Below are positions 9,934 through 21,900 of a stretch of 64,000 nucleotides of DNA, piece by piece (the first letter of the stretch is position 1; each line of letters opens with the position of its first letter). Location: assembly GCF_046119375.1 (NCBI RefSeq), contig NW_027362768.1, forward strand, positions 164,548,001 through 164,612,000, in the 5' to 3' direction. The position numbers and the translations under genes are program-made. The notes beneath the pieces are model-generated. The model saw only the letters and a program-made list of their open reading frames with translations. It was not told the DNA's origin and did not search any database. Origin of the DNA: Phyllobates terribilis. Its lineage: Eukaryota.

Positions 9934-12900
9934 ATTCTCTTGTACTTCAGTGGACCTTGTTCTATAGTCTGCAGACGATGTGTCCTTGAGACTGTCCGTA
10001 TATGATCTGTTTATAATCCTGAATTTTAATGGAACTACATTTCTAGCAGTTGTGGTTGTCTTTGGACTAATAGTTGTTGCAGGCTCAGTGGCGGTACTTG
10101 GAGCCTGTGTGGGAGTTGGAGGCTCAGTGGCCGTGGTTGATGGAGACTCAGTGGCGGTACTTGGAGCCTGTGTGGGAGTTGGAGGCTCAGTGGCCGTGGT
10201 TGATGGAGACTCAGTGGCGGTACTTGGAGCCTCTGTGGAAGTTGGACGCTCAGTGGCCTTGGTTGTTGGAGACTCAGTGGCGGTACTTGGAGCCTGTGTG
10301 GGAGTTGGAGGCTCATTGGATGTGGTTGTTGGAGACTCAGTGGTGGTATTTCGAGCCTGTGTGGGAGTTGAAGGCCCAGTGGCCATGGTTATTGGAGACT
10401 CAGTGACGGTATTTGGAGCCTGTGTGGGAGTTGGAGGCTCAGTGGCGCTGGTTGTTGGAGACTCAGTGGCGGTACTTGAAGCCTGTGTAGAAGTTGAAGG
10501 CTCAGTGGCCGTGGTTGTTGGAGAATCAGTGGTGGTACTGGGAGCCTGTGTGGGAGTTGGAGGCTCAGTAGCCGAGGTTGTTGGAGCCTGTGTGGGAGTT
10601 GAAGGATCAGTGGCCTTGGTTGTTAGAGACTCAGTGGCGGGACTTGAAGCCTGTGTGGGAGTTGGAGGCTCAGAGGCCATGGTTGTTGGAGACTCAGTGG
10701 CGGTACTTGGAGCCTGTGTGGGAGTTGGAGGCTCAGTGGCCGTGGTTGTTAAAGCCTGTGAGGGAGTTGGAGGCTCAGTGGCCGTGGTTGTTGTAGACTC
10801 AGTGGCAGTATTTGGAGCCTGTGTAGGAGTTGGAGGCACATTGGATGTGGTTGACGGAGACTCAGTGGTGGAACTTGGAGCCTGTGTGGGAGTTGGAGGC
10901 CCAGTGGCCGTGGTTGTTGGAGACTCAGTGGTGGTACTTCGAGCCTGTGTGGGAGTTGAAGGCCCAGTGGCCATGGTTATTGGAGACTCAGTGACGGTAT
11001 TTGGGGCCTGTGTCGGAGTTGGAGGCTCAGTGGCCATGGTTGTTGGAGACTCAGTGGCGGTACTTGGAGCCTGTGTGGGAGTTGGAGGCTCAGTGGCCTT
11101 GGTTGTTGGAGTCTGTGTGGGAGTTGGAGGTTGAGTGGCTGTGGTTGTTTGAGACTCAGTGGTGGTACTTGGAGCCTGTGTGGGAGTAGTAAGCTCAGTG
11201 GCCGTGGATTTTGGGGACTCAGTGGTGGTACTTGGAGCCTGTGTGGGAGTTGGAGGATCAGTGGCCATGGTTGTTGTAGACTCAGTGGCAGTACTTTGAG
11301 CCTGGGTGGGAGTTGGAGGCTCAGTGGCTGTGGTTGTTGGAGCCTGTGTGGGAGTTGGAGGTTCAGTGGCCGTGGTTGTTGGAGCCTGTGTGGGAGTTGG
11401 AGGTTCAGTGGCCGTGGTTGTTGGAGCCTGTGTGGGAGTTGGAGGTTCAGTGGCCGTGGTTGTTGGAGCCTGTGTGGGAGTTGGAGGCTCAGTGGCTGTG
11501 GTTGTTGGAGACTCAGTAGCGGTACTTGGAGCCTGTGTGGGAGTTGGAGGCTCAGTGGCTGTGGTTGTTGGAGACTCAGTGGCGGTACTTGGAGCCTGTG
11601 TGGGAGTTGGAGGCTCAGTGGCCGTGGTTGTTGGAGTCTGTTTGGGAGTTGGAGGCTGAGTGGCTGTGGTTGATGGAAACTCAGTGGCGGTACTTGCAGC
11701 CTGTGTGGAAGTTGGAGGCTCAGTGGCTGTGATTGTTGGAGACTCAGTGGGGGTACTTGGAGCCTGTGTTGGAGTTGGAGGATCAGTGGCCGTGGTTGTT
11801 GGAGACTCAGTAGCGGTACTTGGAGCCTGTGTGGGAGTTGGAGGCTCAGTGGCCGTGGTTGTTGGAGCCTCTGTGGTAGTTGGAGGCTCAGTGGCCTTGG
11901 TTGCTGGAGACTCAGTGGCGTTACTTGGAGCCTGTGTGGGAGTTGGAGGCTCAGAGGCCATGGTTGTTGGAGACTCAGTGGTGGTACTTGGAGCCTTTGT
12001 GCAAGTTGGAAGCTCAGTGGCTGTGGTTGTTAAAGCCTGTGTGGGAGTTGGAGGCTCAGTGGTCGTGGTTATTTGAGACTCAGTGGTGGTACTTGGAGCC
12101 TGTGTAGGAGTTGGAGGCTCAGTGGCCATGGTTGATAGAGACTCAGAGGCGGTACTTGGAGCCTCTGTGGGAGTTGGAGGCCCAGTGGCCGTGGTTATTG
12201 GAGACTCAGTGGCGGTCCTTGGAGCCTGTGTGGTAGTTGGAGGCCCAGTGGCCGTGGTTGTTGGAGACTCAGTGGCGGTACTTGGAGCCTGTGTGGGAGT
12301 TGGAGGCTCAGTGGCCGTGGTTGTTGGAGCCTGTGTGGGAGTTGGAGGCTCAGGGGCCTTGGTTGTTAGAGACTCAGTGGCGGTACTTGAAGCCTGTGTG
12401 GAAGTTGAAGTCTCAGTGGCCATGGTTGTTGGAGAATCAGTGGTGGTACTTGGAGCCTGTGTGGGAGTTGGAGGCTCAGTAGCCGTGGTTATAGGAGACT
12501 CAGTGGCGCTCCTTGGAGCCTGTGTGGAAGTTGAAGTCTCAGTGGCCATGGTTGTTGGAAAATCAGTGGTGGTATTTGGAGCCTGTGTGGGAGTTGGAGG
12601 CTCAGTAGCCATGGTTGTTGGAGCCTGTGTGGGAGTTGAAGGCTCACTGGCCTTGGTTGTTAGAGACTCAGTGGCGGGACTTGAAGCCTGTGTGGGAGTT
12701 GGAGGCTCAGAGGCCGTGGTTGTTGAAGACTCAGTGGCGGTACTTGGAGCCTGTGTGGGAGTTGGAGGCTCAGTGGCCATGGTTGTTGGAGACTCAGTGG
12801 CAGTATTTGGAGCCTGTGTATGAGTTGGAGGCTCATTGGATGTGGTTGATGGAGACTCAGTGGTGGAACTTGGAGACTGTGTGGGAGTTGGAGGCCCAGA

Positions 12901-15900
12901 GGCCGTGGTTGTTGGAGACTCAGTAGTGGTACTTCGAGCCTGTGTGGGAGTTGAAGGCCCAGTGGCCATGGTTATTGGAGACTCAGTGACGGTATTTGGA
13001 GTCTGTGTGGGAGTTGGAGGCTCAGTGGCGCTGGTTGTTGGAGACTCAGTGGCGGTACTTGAAGCCTGTGTAGAAGTTGAAGGCTCAGTGGCCGTGGTTG
13101 ATGGAGAATCAGTGGTGGTACTGGGAGCCTGTGTGGGAGTTGGAGGCTCAATAGCCGTGGTTGTTGGAGCCTGTGTGGGAGTTGAAGGCTCAGTGGCCTT
13201 GGTTGTTAGAGACTCAGTGGCGGGACTTGAAGCCTGAGTAGGAGTTGGAGGCTCAGAGGACGTGGTTGTTGGAGACTCAGTGGCGGTACTTGGAGCCTGT
13301 GTGGGAGTTTGAGGCTCAGTGGCCGTGGTTGTTAAAGCCTGTGTGGGAGTTGGAGGCTCAGTGGCCGTGGTTGTTGGAGACTCAGTGGCAGTATTTGGAG
13401 CCTTTGTAGGAGTTGGAGGCTCATTGGATGTGGTTGATGGAGACTCAGTGGTGGAACTTGGAGCCTGTGTGGGAGTTGGAGGCCCAGTGGCCGTGGTTGT
13501 TGGAGAGTCAGTGGTGGTACTTCGAGCCTGTGTGGGAGTTGAAGGCCCAGTGGCCATGGTTATTGGAGACTCAGTGACGGTATTTGGAGGCTGTGTCGGA
13601 GTTGGAGGCTCAGTGGCCATGGTTGTTGGAGACTCAGTGGCGGTACTTGGAGCCTGTGTGGGAGTTAGAGGATCAGTGGCCATGGTTGTTGGAGACTCAG
13701 TGGCGGTACTTGGAGCCTGTGTGGCAGTTGGAGGCTCAGTGGCCGTGGTTGTTGGAGACTCAGTGGCGGTACTTGGAGCCTGTGTAGGAGTTGGAGGCTC
13801 AGTGGCCGTGGATGATGGAGACTCAGTGGCGGTACTTGCAGCCTGTGTGGGAGTTGGAGGCTCAGTGGCCGTGGTTGTTGGAGTCTGTGTGGGAGTTGGA
13901 GGCTGAGTGGCTGTGGTTGTTTGAGACTCAGTGGTGGTACTTGGAGCCTGTGTGGGAGTTGTAGGCTCAGTGGCCGTGGATTTTGGGGACTCAGTGGTGG
14001 TACTTGGAGCCTGTGTGGGAGTTGGAGGATCATTGGCCGTGGTTGTTGTAGACTCAGTAGCAGTACTTGGAGCCTGTGTGGGAGTTGGAAGCTCAGTGGC
14101 CGTGGTTGTTGGAGCCTCTGTGGTAGTTGGAGGCTCAGTGGCCATGGTTGTTGGAGACTCAGTGGCGTCACTTGGAGCCTGTGTGGGAGTTGGAAGCTCA
14201 GTGGCCATGGTTGTTGGAGACTCAGTGGTGGTACTTGGAGCCTTTGTGCGAGTTGGAGGTTCAGTGGCTGTGGTTGTTAAAGCCTGTGTGGGAGTTGGAG
14301 GCTCAGTGGTCGTGGTTGTTTGAGACTCAGTGGTGGTACTTGGAGCCTGTGTAGGAGTTGGAGGCTCAGTGGCCATGGTTGATAGAGACTCAGAGGCGGT
14401 ACTAGGAGCCTCTGTGGGAGTTGGAGGCCTAGTGGCCGTGGTTATTGGAGACTCAGTGGCGGTCCTTGGAGCCTGTGTGGTAGCTGGAGGCCCAGTGGCC
14501 GTGGATGTTGAAGACTCAGTGGCGGTACTTGGAGCCTGTGTGGGAGTTGGAGGCTCAGTGGCACTGGTTGTTGGAGGCTCAGTGGTGGTACTTGGAGCCT
14601 GTGTAGGAGTTGGAGGCTCAGTGGCCTTGGTTGTTGGAGACTCAGTGGCGGTACTTGGAGCCTGTGTGGGAGTTGGAGGCTCAGTGGCGGTGGTTGTTGG
14701 ATACTCAGTAGCCGTACTTGTAGCCTGTGAGGGAGAAAGACGCTCAGTGGCCGTGGTTGTTAGAGAATAAGTGACGGTATTTGGAGTCTGTGTGGGAGTT
14801 GGAGGCTCAGTGGCGCTGGTTGTTGGAGACTCAGTGGCGGTACTTGAAGCCTGTGTAGAAGTTGAAGGCTCAGTGGCCGTGGTTGATGGAGAATCAATGG
14901 TGGTACTGGGAGCCTGTGTGGGAGTTGGAGGCTCAGTAGCCGTGGTTGTTGGAGCCTGTGTGGGAGTTGAAGGCTCAGTGGCCTTGGTTGTTAGAGACTC
15001 AGTGGCGGGACTTGAAGCCTGAGTAGGAGTTGGAGGCTCAGAGGACGTGGTTGTTGGAGACTCAGTGGCGGTACTTGGAGCCTGTGTGGGAGTTTGAGGC
15101 TCAGTGGCCGTGGTTGTTAAAGCCTGTGTGGGAGTTGGAGGCTCAGTGGCCGTGGTTGTTGGAGACTCAGTGGCAGTATTTGGAGCCTTTGTAGGAGTTG
15201 GAGGCTCATTGGATGTGGTTGATGGAGACTCAGTGGTGGAACTTGGAGCCTGTGTGGGAGTTGGAGGCCCAGTGGCCGTGGTTGTTGGAGAGTCAGTGGT
15301 GGTACTTCGAGCCTGTGTGGGAGTTGAAGGCCCAGTGGCCATGGTTATTGGAGACTCAGTGAGGGTATTTGGAGGCTGTGTCGGAGTTGGAGGCTCAGTG
15401 GCCATGGTTGTTGGAGACTCAGTGGCGGTACTTGGAGCCTGTGTGGGAGTTAGAGGATCAGTGGCCATGGTTGTTGGAGACTCCTTGGCTGTACTTGGAG
15501 CCTGTGTGGCAGTTGGAGGCTCAGTGGCCGTGGTTGTTGGAGACTCAGTGGCGGTACTTGGAGCCTGTGTAGGAGTTGGAGGCTCAGTGGCCGTGGTTGA
15601 TGGAGACTCAGTGGCGGTACTTGGAGCCTGTGTGGGAGTTGGAGGCACAGTGGCCGTGGTTGTTGGAGTCTGTGTGGGAGTTGGAGGCTGAGTGGCTGTG
15701 GTTGTTTGAGACTCAGTGGTGGTACTTGGAGCCTGTGTGGGAGTTGTAGGCTCAGTGGCCGTGGATTTTGGGGACTCAGTGGTGGTACTTGGAGCCTGTG
15801 TGGGAGTTGGAGGATCATTGGCCGTGGTTGTTGTAGACTCAGTAGCAGTACTTGGAGCCTGTGTGGGAGTTGGAAGCTCAGTGGCCGTGGTTGTTGGAGC

Positions 15901-18900
15901 CTCTGTGGTAGTTGGAGGCTCAGTGGCCATGGTTGTTGGAGACTCAGTGGCGTCACTTGGAGCCTGTGTGGGAGTTGGAAGCTCAGTGGCCATGGTTGTT
16001 GGAGACTCAGTGGTGGTACTTGGAGCCTTTGTGCGAGTTGGAGGCTCAGTGGCTGTGGTTGTTAAAGCCTGTGTGGGAGTTGGAGGCTCAGTGGTCGTGG
16101 TTGTTTGAGACTCAGTGGTGGTACTTGGAGCCTGTGTAGGAGTTGGAGGCTCAGTGGCCATGGTTGATAGAGACTCAGAGGCGGTACTAGGAGCCTCTGT
16201 GGGAGTTGGAGGCCTAGTGGCCGTGGTTATTGGAGACTCAGTGGCGGTCCTTGGAGCCTGTGTGGTAGTTGGAGGCCCAGTGGCAGTGGTTGTTGAAGAC
16301 TCAGTGGCGGTACTTGGAGCCTGTGTGGGAGTTGGAGGCTCAGTGGCACTGGTTGTTGGAGGCTCAGTGGTGGTACTTGGAGCCTGTGTGGGAGTTGGAG
16401 GCTCAGTGGCCTTGGTTGTTGGAGACTCAGTGGCGGTACTTGGAGCCTGTGTGGGAGTTGGAGGCTCAGTGGCGGTGGTTGTTGGATACTCAGTAGCCGT
16501 ACTTGTAGCCTGTGAGGGAGAAAGACGCTCAGTGGCCGTGGTTGTTAGAGAATCAGTGGTGGTACTTGGAGCCTGTGTGGGAGTTGGAGGCTCAGTGGCC
16601 GTGGTTGTTGGAGCCTGTGTGGGAGTTGGAGGCTCAGGGGCATTGGTTGTTAGAGACTCAGTGGCGGTACTTGAAGCCTGTGTGGAAGTTGAAGTCTCAG
16701 TGGCCATGGTTGTTGGAGAATCAGTGGTGGTACTTGGAGCCTGTGTGGTAGTTGGAGGCCCAGTGGCCGTAGTTGTTGGAAACTCAGTGGCGGTACTTGG
16801 AGCCTGTGTGGGAGTTGGAGGCTCAGTGGCCGTGGTTGTTAGAGAATCAGTGGTGGCACTGGGAGCCTCTGTGGGAGTTGGAGGCTCAGTAGCCGTGATT
16901 TTTGGAGCCTGTGTGGGAGTTGAAGGCTCAGTGGCCTTGGTTGTTAGAGACTCAGTGGCGGGACTTGAAGCCTGTGTGGGAGTTGGAGGCTCAGAGGCCA
17001 TGGTTGTTGGAGACTCAGTGGCGGTACTTGTAGCCTGTGTGGGAGTTGGAGGCTCAGTGGCCATGGTTGTTGGAGACTCAGTGGCAGTATTTGGAGCCTG
17101 TGTAGGAGTTGGAGGCTCATTGGATGTGGTTGATGGAGACTCAGTGGTGGAACTTGGAGCCTGTGTGGGAGTTGGAGGCCCAGTGGCCGTGGTTGTTGGA
17201 GACTCAGTGGTGGTACTTGGAGCCTGTGTGGGAGTTGGAGGCTCAGTGGCCGTGGTTGTTGGAGACTCAGTGGTGGTACTTGGAGCCTGTGTGGGAGTTG
17301 GAGGCACAGTGGCCGTGGTTGTTAGAGAATCAGTGGTGGTACTTGGAGCCTGTGTGGGAGTTCGAGGCTCAGTGGCCGTGGTTAATGGAGACTCAGTGGC
17401 GGTACTTGGAGCCTGTGTGGGAGTTGGAGGCTCAGTGGCCGTGGTTGTTGTAGACTCAGTGGCAGTACTTTGAGCCTGTGTGGGAGTTGGAGGCTCAGTG
17501 GCTGTGGTTGTTGGAGCCTGTGTGGGAGTTGGAGGTTCAGTGGCCATGGTTGTTGGAGCCTGTGTGGGAGTTGGAGGCTCAGTGGCCGTGGTAGTTGGAG
17601 ACTCAGTGGCAGTACTTGGAGCCTGTGTGGGAGTTGGAGGTTCAATGGCCGTGGTTGTTGGAGCCTGTGTGGGAGTTGGAGGCTCAGTTGCTGTGGTTGT
17701 TGGAGACTCAGTGGCGGTACTTGGAGCCTGTGTGGAAGTTGGAGGCTCAGTGGCCGTGGTTGTTGGAGACTCAGTGGCGGTACTTGGAGCCTGTGTGGGA
17801 GTTGGAGGCTCAGTGGCCGTGGTTGTTGGAGTCTGTGTGGGAGTTGGAGGCTGAGTGGCTGTGGTTGATGGAGACTCAGTGGCGGTACTTGCAGTCTGTG
17901 TGGAAGTTGGAGGCTTCGTGGCTGTGATTGTTGGAGACTCAGTGGCGGTACTTGGAGCCTGTGTTGGAGTATCAGTGGCCGTGGTTGTTGGAGACTCAGT
18001 AGCGGTACTTGGAGCCTGTGTGGGAGTTGGAGGCTCAGTGGCCGTGGTTGTTGGAGCCTTTGTGGTAGTTGGAGGCTCAGTGGCCTTGGTTGTTGGAGAC
18101 TCAGTGGCGTTACTTGGAGCCTGTGTGGGAGTTGGAGGCTCAGTGGCCATGGTTGTTGGAGACTCAGTGGTGGTACTTGGAGCCTTTGTGCGAGTTGGAG
18201 GCTCAGTGGCTGTGGTTGTTAAAGCCTGTGTGGGAGTTGGAGGCTCAGTGGTCGTGGTTGTTTGAGACTCAGTGGTGGAACTTGGAGCCTGTGTAGGAGT
18301 TGGAGGCTCAGTGGCCATGGTTGATAGAGACTCAGAGGCGGTACTTGGAGCCTCTGTGGGAGTTGGAGGTCCAGTGGCCGTGGTTATTGGAGACTCAGTG
18401 GCAGTCCTTGGAGCCTGTGTTGTAGTTGGAGGCCCAGTGGCCGTGGTTGTTGGAGACTCAGTGGCGGTACTTGGAGCCTGCGTGGGAGTTGGAGGCTCAG
18501 TGGCCGTGGTTGTTGGAGACTCAGTGGTGGTACTTGGAGCCTGTGTAGGAGTTGGAGGCTCAGTGGCCTTGGTTGTTGGAGACTCAGTGGCGGTACTTGG
18601 AGCCTGTGTGGGAGTTGGAGGCTCAGTGGCGGTGGTTGTTGGATACTCAGTAGCGGTACTTGTAGCCTGTGTGGGAGAAAGAGGCTCAGTGGCCGTGGTT
18701 GTTAGAGAATCAGTGGCGGTACTTGGAGCCTGTGTGGGAGTTGGAGGCTCAGTGGCCGTGGTTGTTGGAGCCTGTGTGGGAGTTGGAGGCTCAGGGGCCT
18801 TGGTTGTTAGAGACTCAGTGGTGGTACCTGAAGCCTGTGTGGAAGTTGAAGTCTCAGTGGCCATGGTTGTTGGAGAATCAGTGGCGGTCCTTGGAGCCTG

Positions 18901-21900
18901 TGTGGTAGTTGGAGGCCCAGTGGCCGTGGTTGTTGGAGACTCAGTGGCGGTACTTGGAGCCTGTGTGGGAGTTGGAGGCTCAGTGGCCGTGGTTGTTGGA
19001 GACTCAGTGGCGGTACTTGGAGCCTGTGTGGGAGTTGGAGGCTCAGTGGCCGTGGTTGATGGAGACTCAGTGGCGGTACTTGCAGCCTGTGTGGGAGTTG
19101 GAGGCTCAGTGGCCGTGGTTGTTGGAGCCTCTGTGAAAGTTGGAGGCTCAGTGGCGGTACTTGGAGCCTGTGTGGGAGTTGGAGGCTCAGTGGCCTTGGT
19201 TGTTGGAGACTCAGTGGCGGTACTTGAAGCCTGTGTGGAAGTTGAAGGCTCAGTGGCCATGATTGTTGGAGAATCAGTGGTGGTACTTGGAGCCTGTGTG
19301 GGAGTTGCAGGCTCAGTAGCCGTGGTTGTTGGAGCCTGTGTGGGAGTTGGAGGCTCAGTGGCCTTGCTTGTTGGAGACTCAGTGGCAGTACTTGGAGCCT
19401 GTGTAGGAGATGGAGGCTCATTGGCCGTGGTTGATGGAGACTCAGTGGTGGTACTTGGAGCCTGTATGGGAGTTGGAGGCCAAGTAGCCGTGATTGTTGG
19501 AGATTCAGTGGCTGTACTTGGAGCCTGTGTGGGAGTTGGATGCTCAGTGGCCGTGGTTGTTGGAGCCTGTGTGAGAGTTGGAGGCTCAGTGACCATGGTT
19601 GATGGAGACTCAGTGGCGGTACTTGGAGCCTGTGTGGGAGTTGGAGGCTCAGTGGCTGTGGTTGTTGGAGCCTGTGTGGGAATTGGAGGCTCAGTGGCTG
19701 TGGTTGTTGGAGACTCAGTGGCGGTATTTGGAGCCTGTGTGGGAGTTGGAGGCTCAGTGGCCGTTGTTGATGGAGACTCTGTGGCAGTAATTTGAGCCTG
19801 TGTAGGAATTGGAGACTCAGTGGCAGTACTTGGAGCCTGTGTGGCAGTTGGAAGTTCACTGGACGTGGTTGTTGGAGCCTGTGTGGGAGTCAGAGGCTCA
19901 GTGGCCGTGGTTATTTGAGCCTGTGTGGGAGTTGGAGGCTCAGTGGCTGTGGTTCTTGGAGACTCAGTGGCTGTACTTGGAGCCTGTGTGGGAGTTGGAG
20001 GCTCAGTGGCCGTGGTTGTTGGAGACTCAGTGGCGGTACTTGTAGACTGTGTCGAAGTTGGAGGCTCAGTGGCCGTGGTTGATGGGGACTCAGTGGTGGT
20101 ACTTGGAGCCTGTGTGGGAGTTGGAGGCTCAGTGGCCGTGGTTGTTGGATACTCAGTGGCGGTACTTGGAGCCTGTGTGGGAGTTGGAGGCTCAGTGGTC
20201 GTGGTTGTTGGAGACTCAGTGGTGGTACTTGGAGACTGTGTGGGAGTTGGAGGCTCAGTGGCCGTGGTTGTTGGAGAATCAGTGGCGGTACTTGGAGCCT
20301 GTGTGGGAGGTGGAGGCTGAGTGGCGGTACTTGAAGCCTGTGTGGTTGTTGGAGAATCAGTGGAGGTACTTGGAGCCTGTGTGGGAGTTGGAGGCTCCGT
20401 GGCCGTGGTTGATGGAGACTCAGTGGCGGTTGTTGTTAAAGCCTGTGTGGGAGTTTGAGGCTCAGTGGCCGTGGTTGTTGGAGACTCAGTGGCAGCACTT
20501 GGAGCCTGTGTGGGAGCTGGAGGCTCCGTGGCCGTGGTTGATGGAGACTCAGTGGCGGTACTTGGAGCCCGTGTGGGAGTTTGAGACCCAGTGGCCGTGG
20601 TTGTTGGAGACTGAGTGGTGGTACTTGGAGCCTGTGTGGGAGTTGGAGGCTCAGTGGCCGCGTTTGTTGAAGGCTCAGTGGCGGTACTTGGAGACTGTGT
20701 GGGAGTTGCAGGCTCAGTGGCCGTGGTTGGAGACTCAGTGGTGGTACTTGGAGCCTGTGTGGGAGGTGGAGGCTGAGTGGCGGTACTTGAAGCCTGTGTG
20801 GTTGTTGGAGAATCAGTGGAGGTACTTGGAGCCTGTGTGGGAGTTGGATGCTCCGTGGCCGTGGTTGGTGGAGACTCAGTGGCGGTGGTTGTTAAAGCCT
20901 GTGTGGGAGTTCGAGGCTCAGTGGCCGTGGATGTTGGAGACTCAGTGGCAGTACTTGGAGCCTGTGTGGGAGTTGGAGGCTCCGTGGCCGTGGTTGATGG
21001 AGACTGAGTGGTGGTACTTGGAGCCTGTGTGGGAGTTGGAGACTCTGTGGCCGTGGTTGTTGGAGACTCAGTGGCGGTAGTTGGAGCCTGTGTGGGAGTT
21101 AGAGGCTCAGTGGCCGTGTTAGTTGAAGACTCAGTGGCGGTACTTGGAGACTGTGTGGGAGTTGCAGGCTCAGTGGCCGTGGTTGGAGACTCAGTGGCGG
21201 TACTTGGAGTCTGTGTGGGAGTTGTAGGCTCAGTGGCCGTGGTTGGAGACACATTTGCGGTACTTGGAGCCTGTGTGGGAGTTGGAGGCTCAGTGGCTAT
21301 GGTTGTTGGAGACTCAGTGGCGGTACTTGGAGCCTGCGTGGGAGTTGGAGGCTCAGTGGCCGTGGTCGATGGAGACAAAGTGGCGGTATTTGGAGCTTGT
21401 GTGGGAGTTGGAGGCTCAGTGGCTATGGTTGTTGGAGACTCAGTGGCGGTACTTGGAGCCTGTGTGGGAGTTGCAGGCTCAGTGGCCGTGGTCGATGGAG
21501 ACAAAGTGGTGGTACTTGGAGCTTGTGTGGGAGTTGGAGGCTCAGTGGCCATGCTTGTTGGAGCCTGTGTGGGAGTTGGAGGCTCATTGGCAGTGGTTGT
21601 TGGAGACTCAGTGGCAGTACTTGGAGCCTGTGTGGGAGTTGGAGGTTCAGTGGCCGTGGATGTTGGAGCCTGTGTGGGAGTTGAAGGCTCAGTGGCTGTG
21701 GTTGTTGGAGACTCAGTGGCGGTACTTGGAGCCTGTGTTGGAGTTGGAGGCTCAGTGGCCGTACTTGTTGGAGACTCAGTGGCGGTACTTGGAGCCTGTG
21801 TGGGAGTTGGAGGCTCAGTGGCCGTGGTTGTTGGAGACTCAGTAGCAGTACTTGGAGCCTGTGTGGGAGTTGCAGGCTCAGTGGCTGTGGTTGTTGGAGA

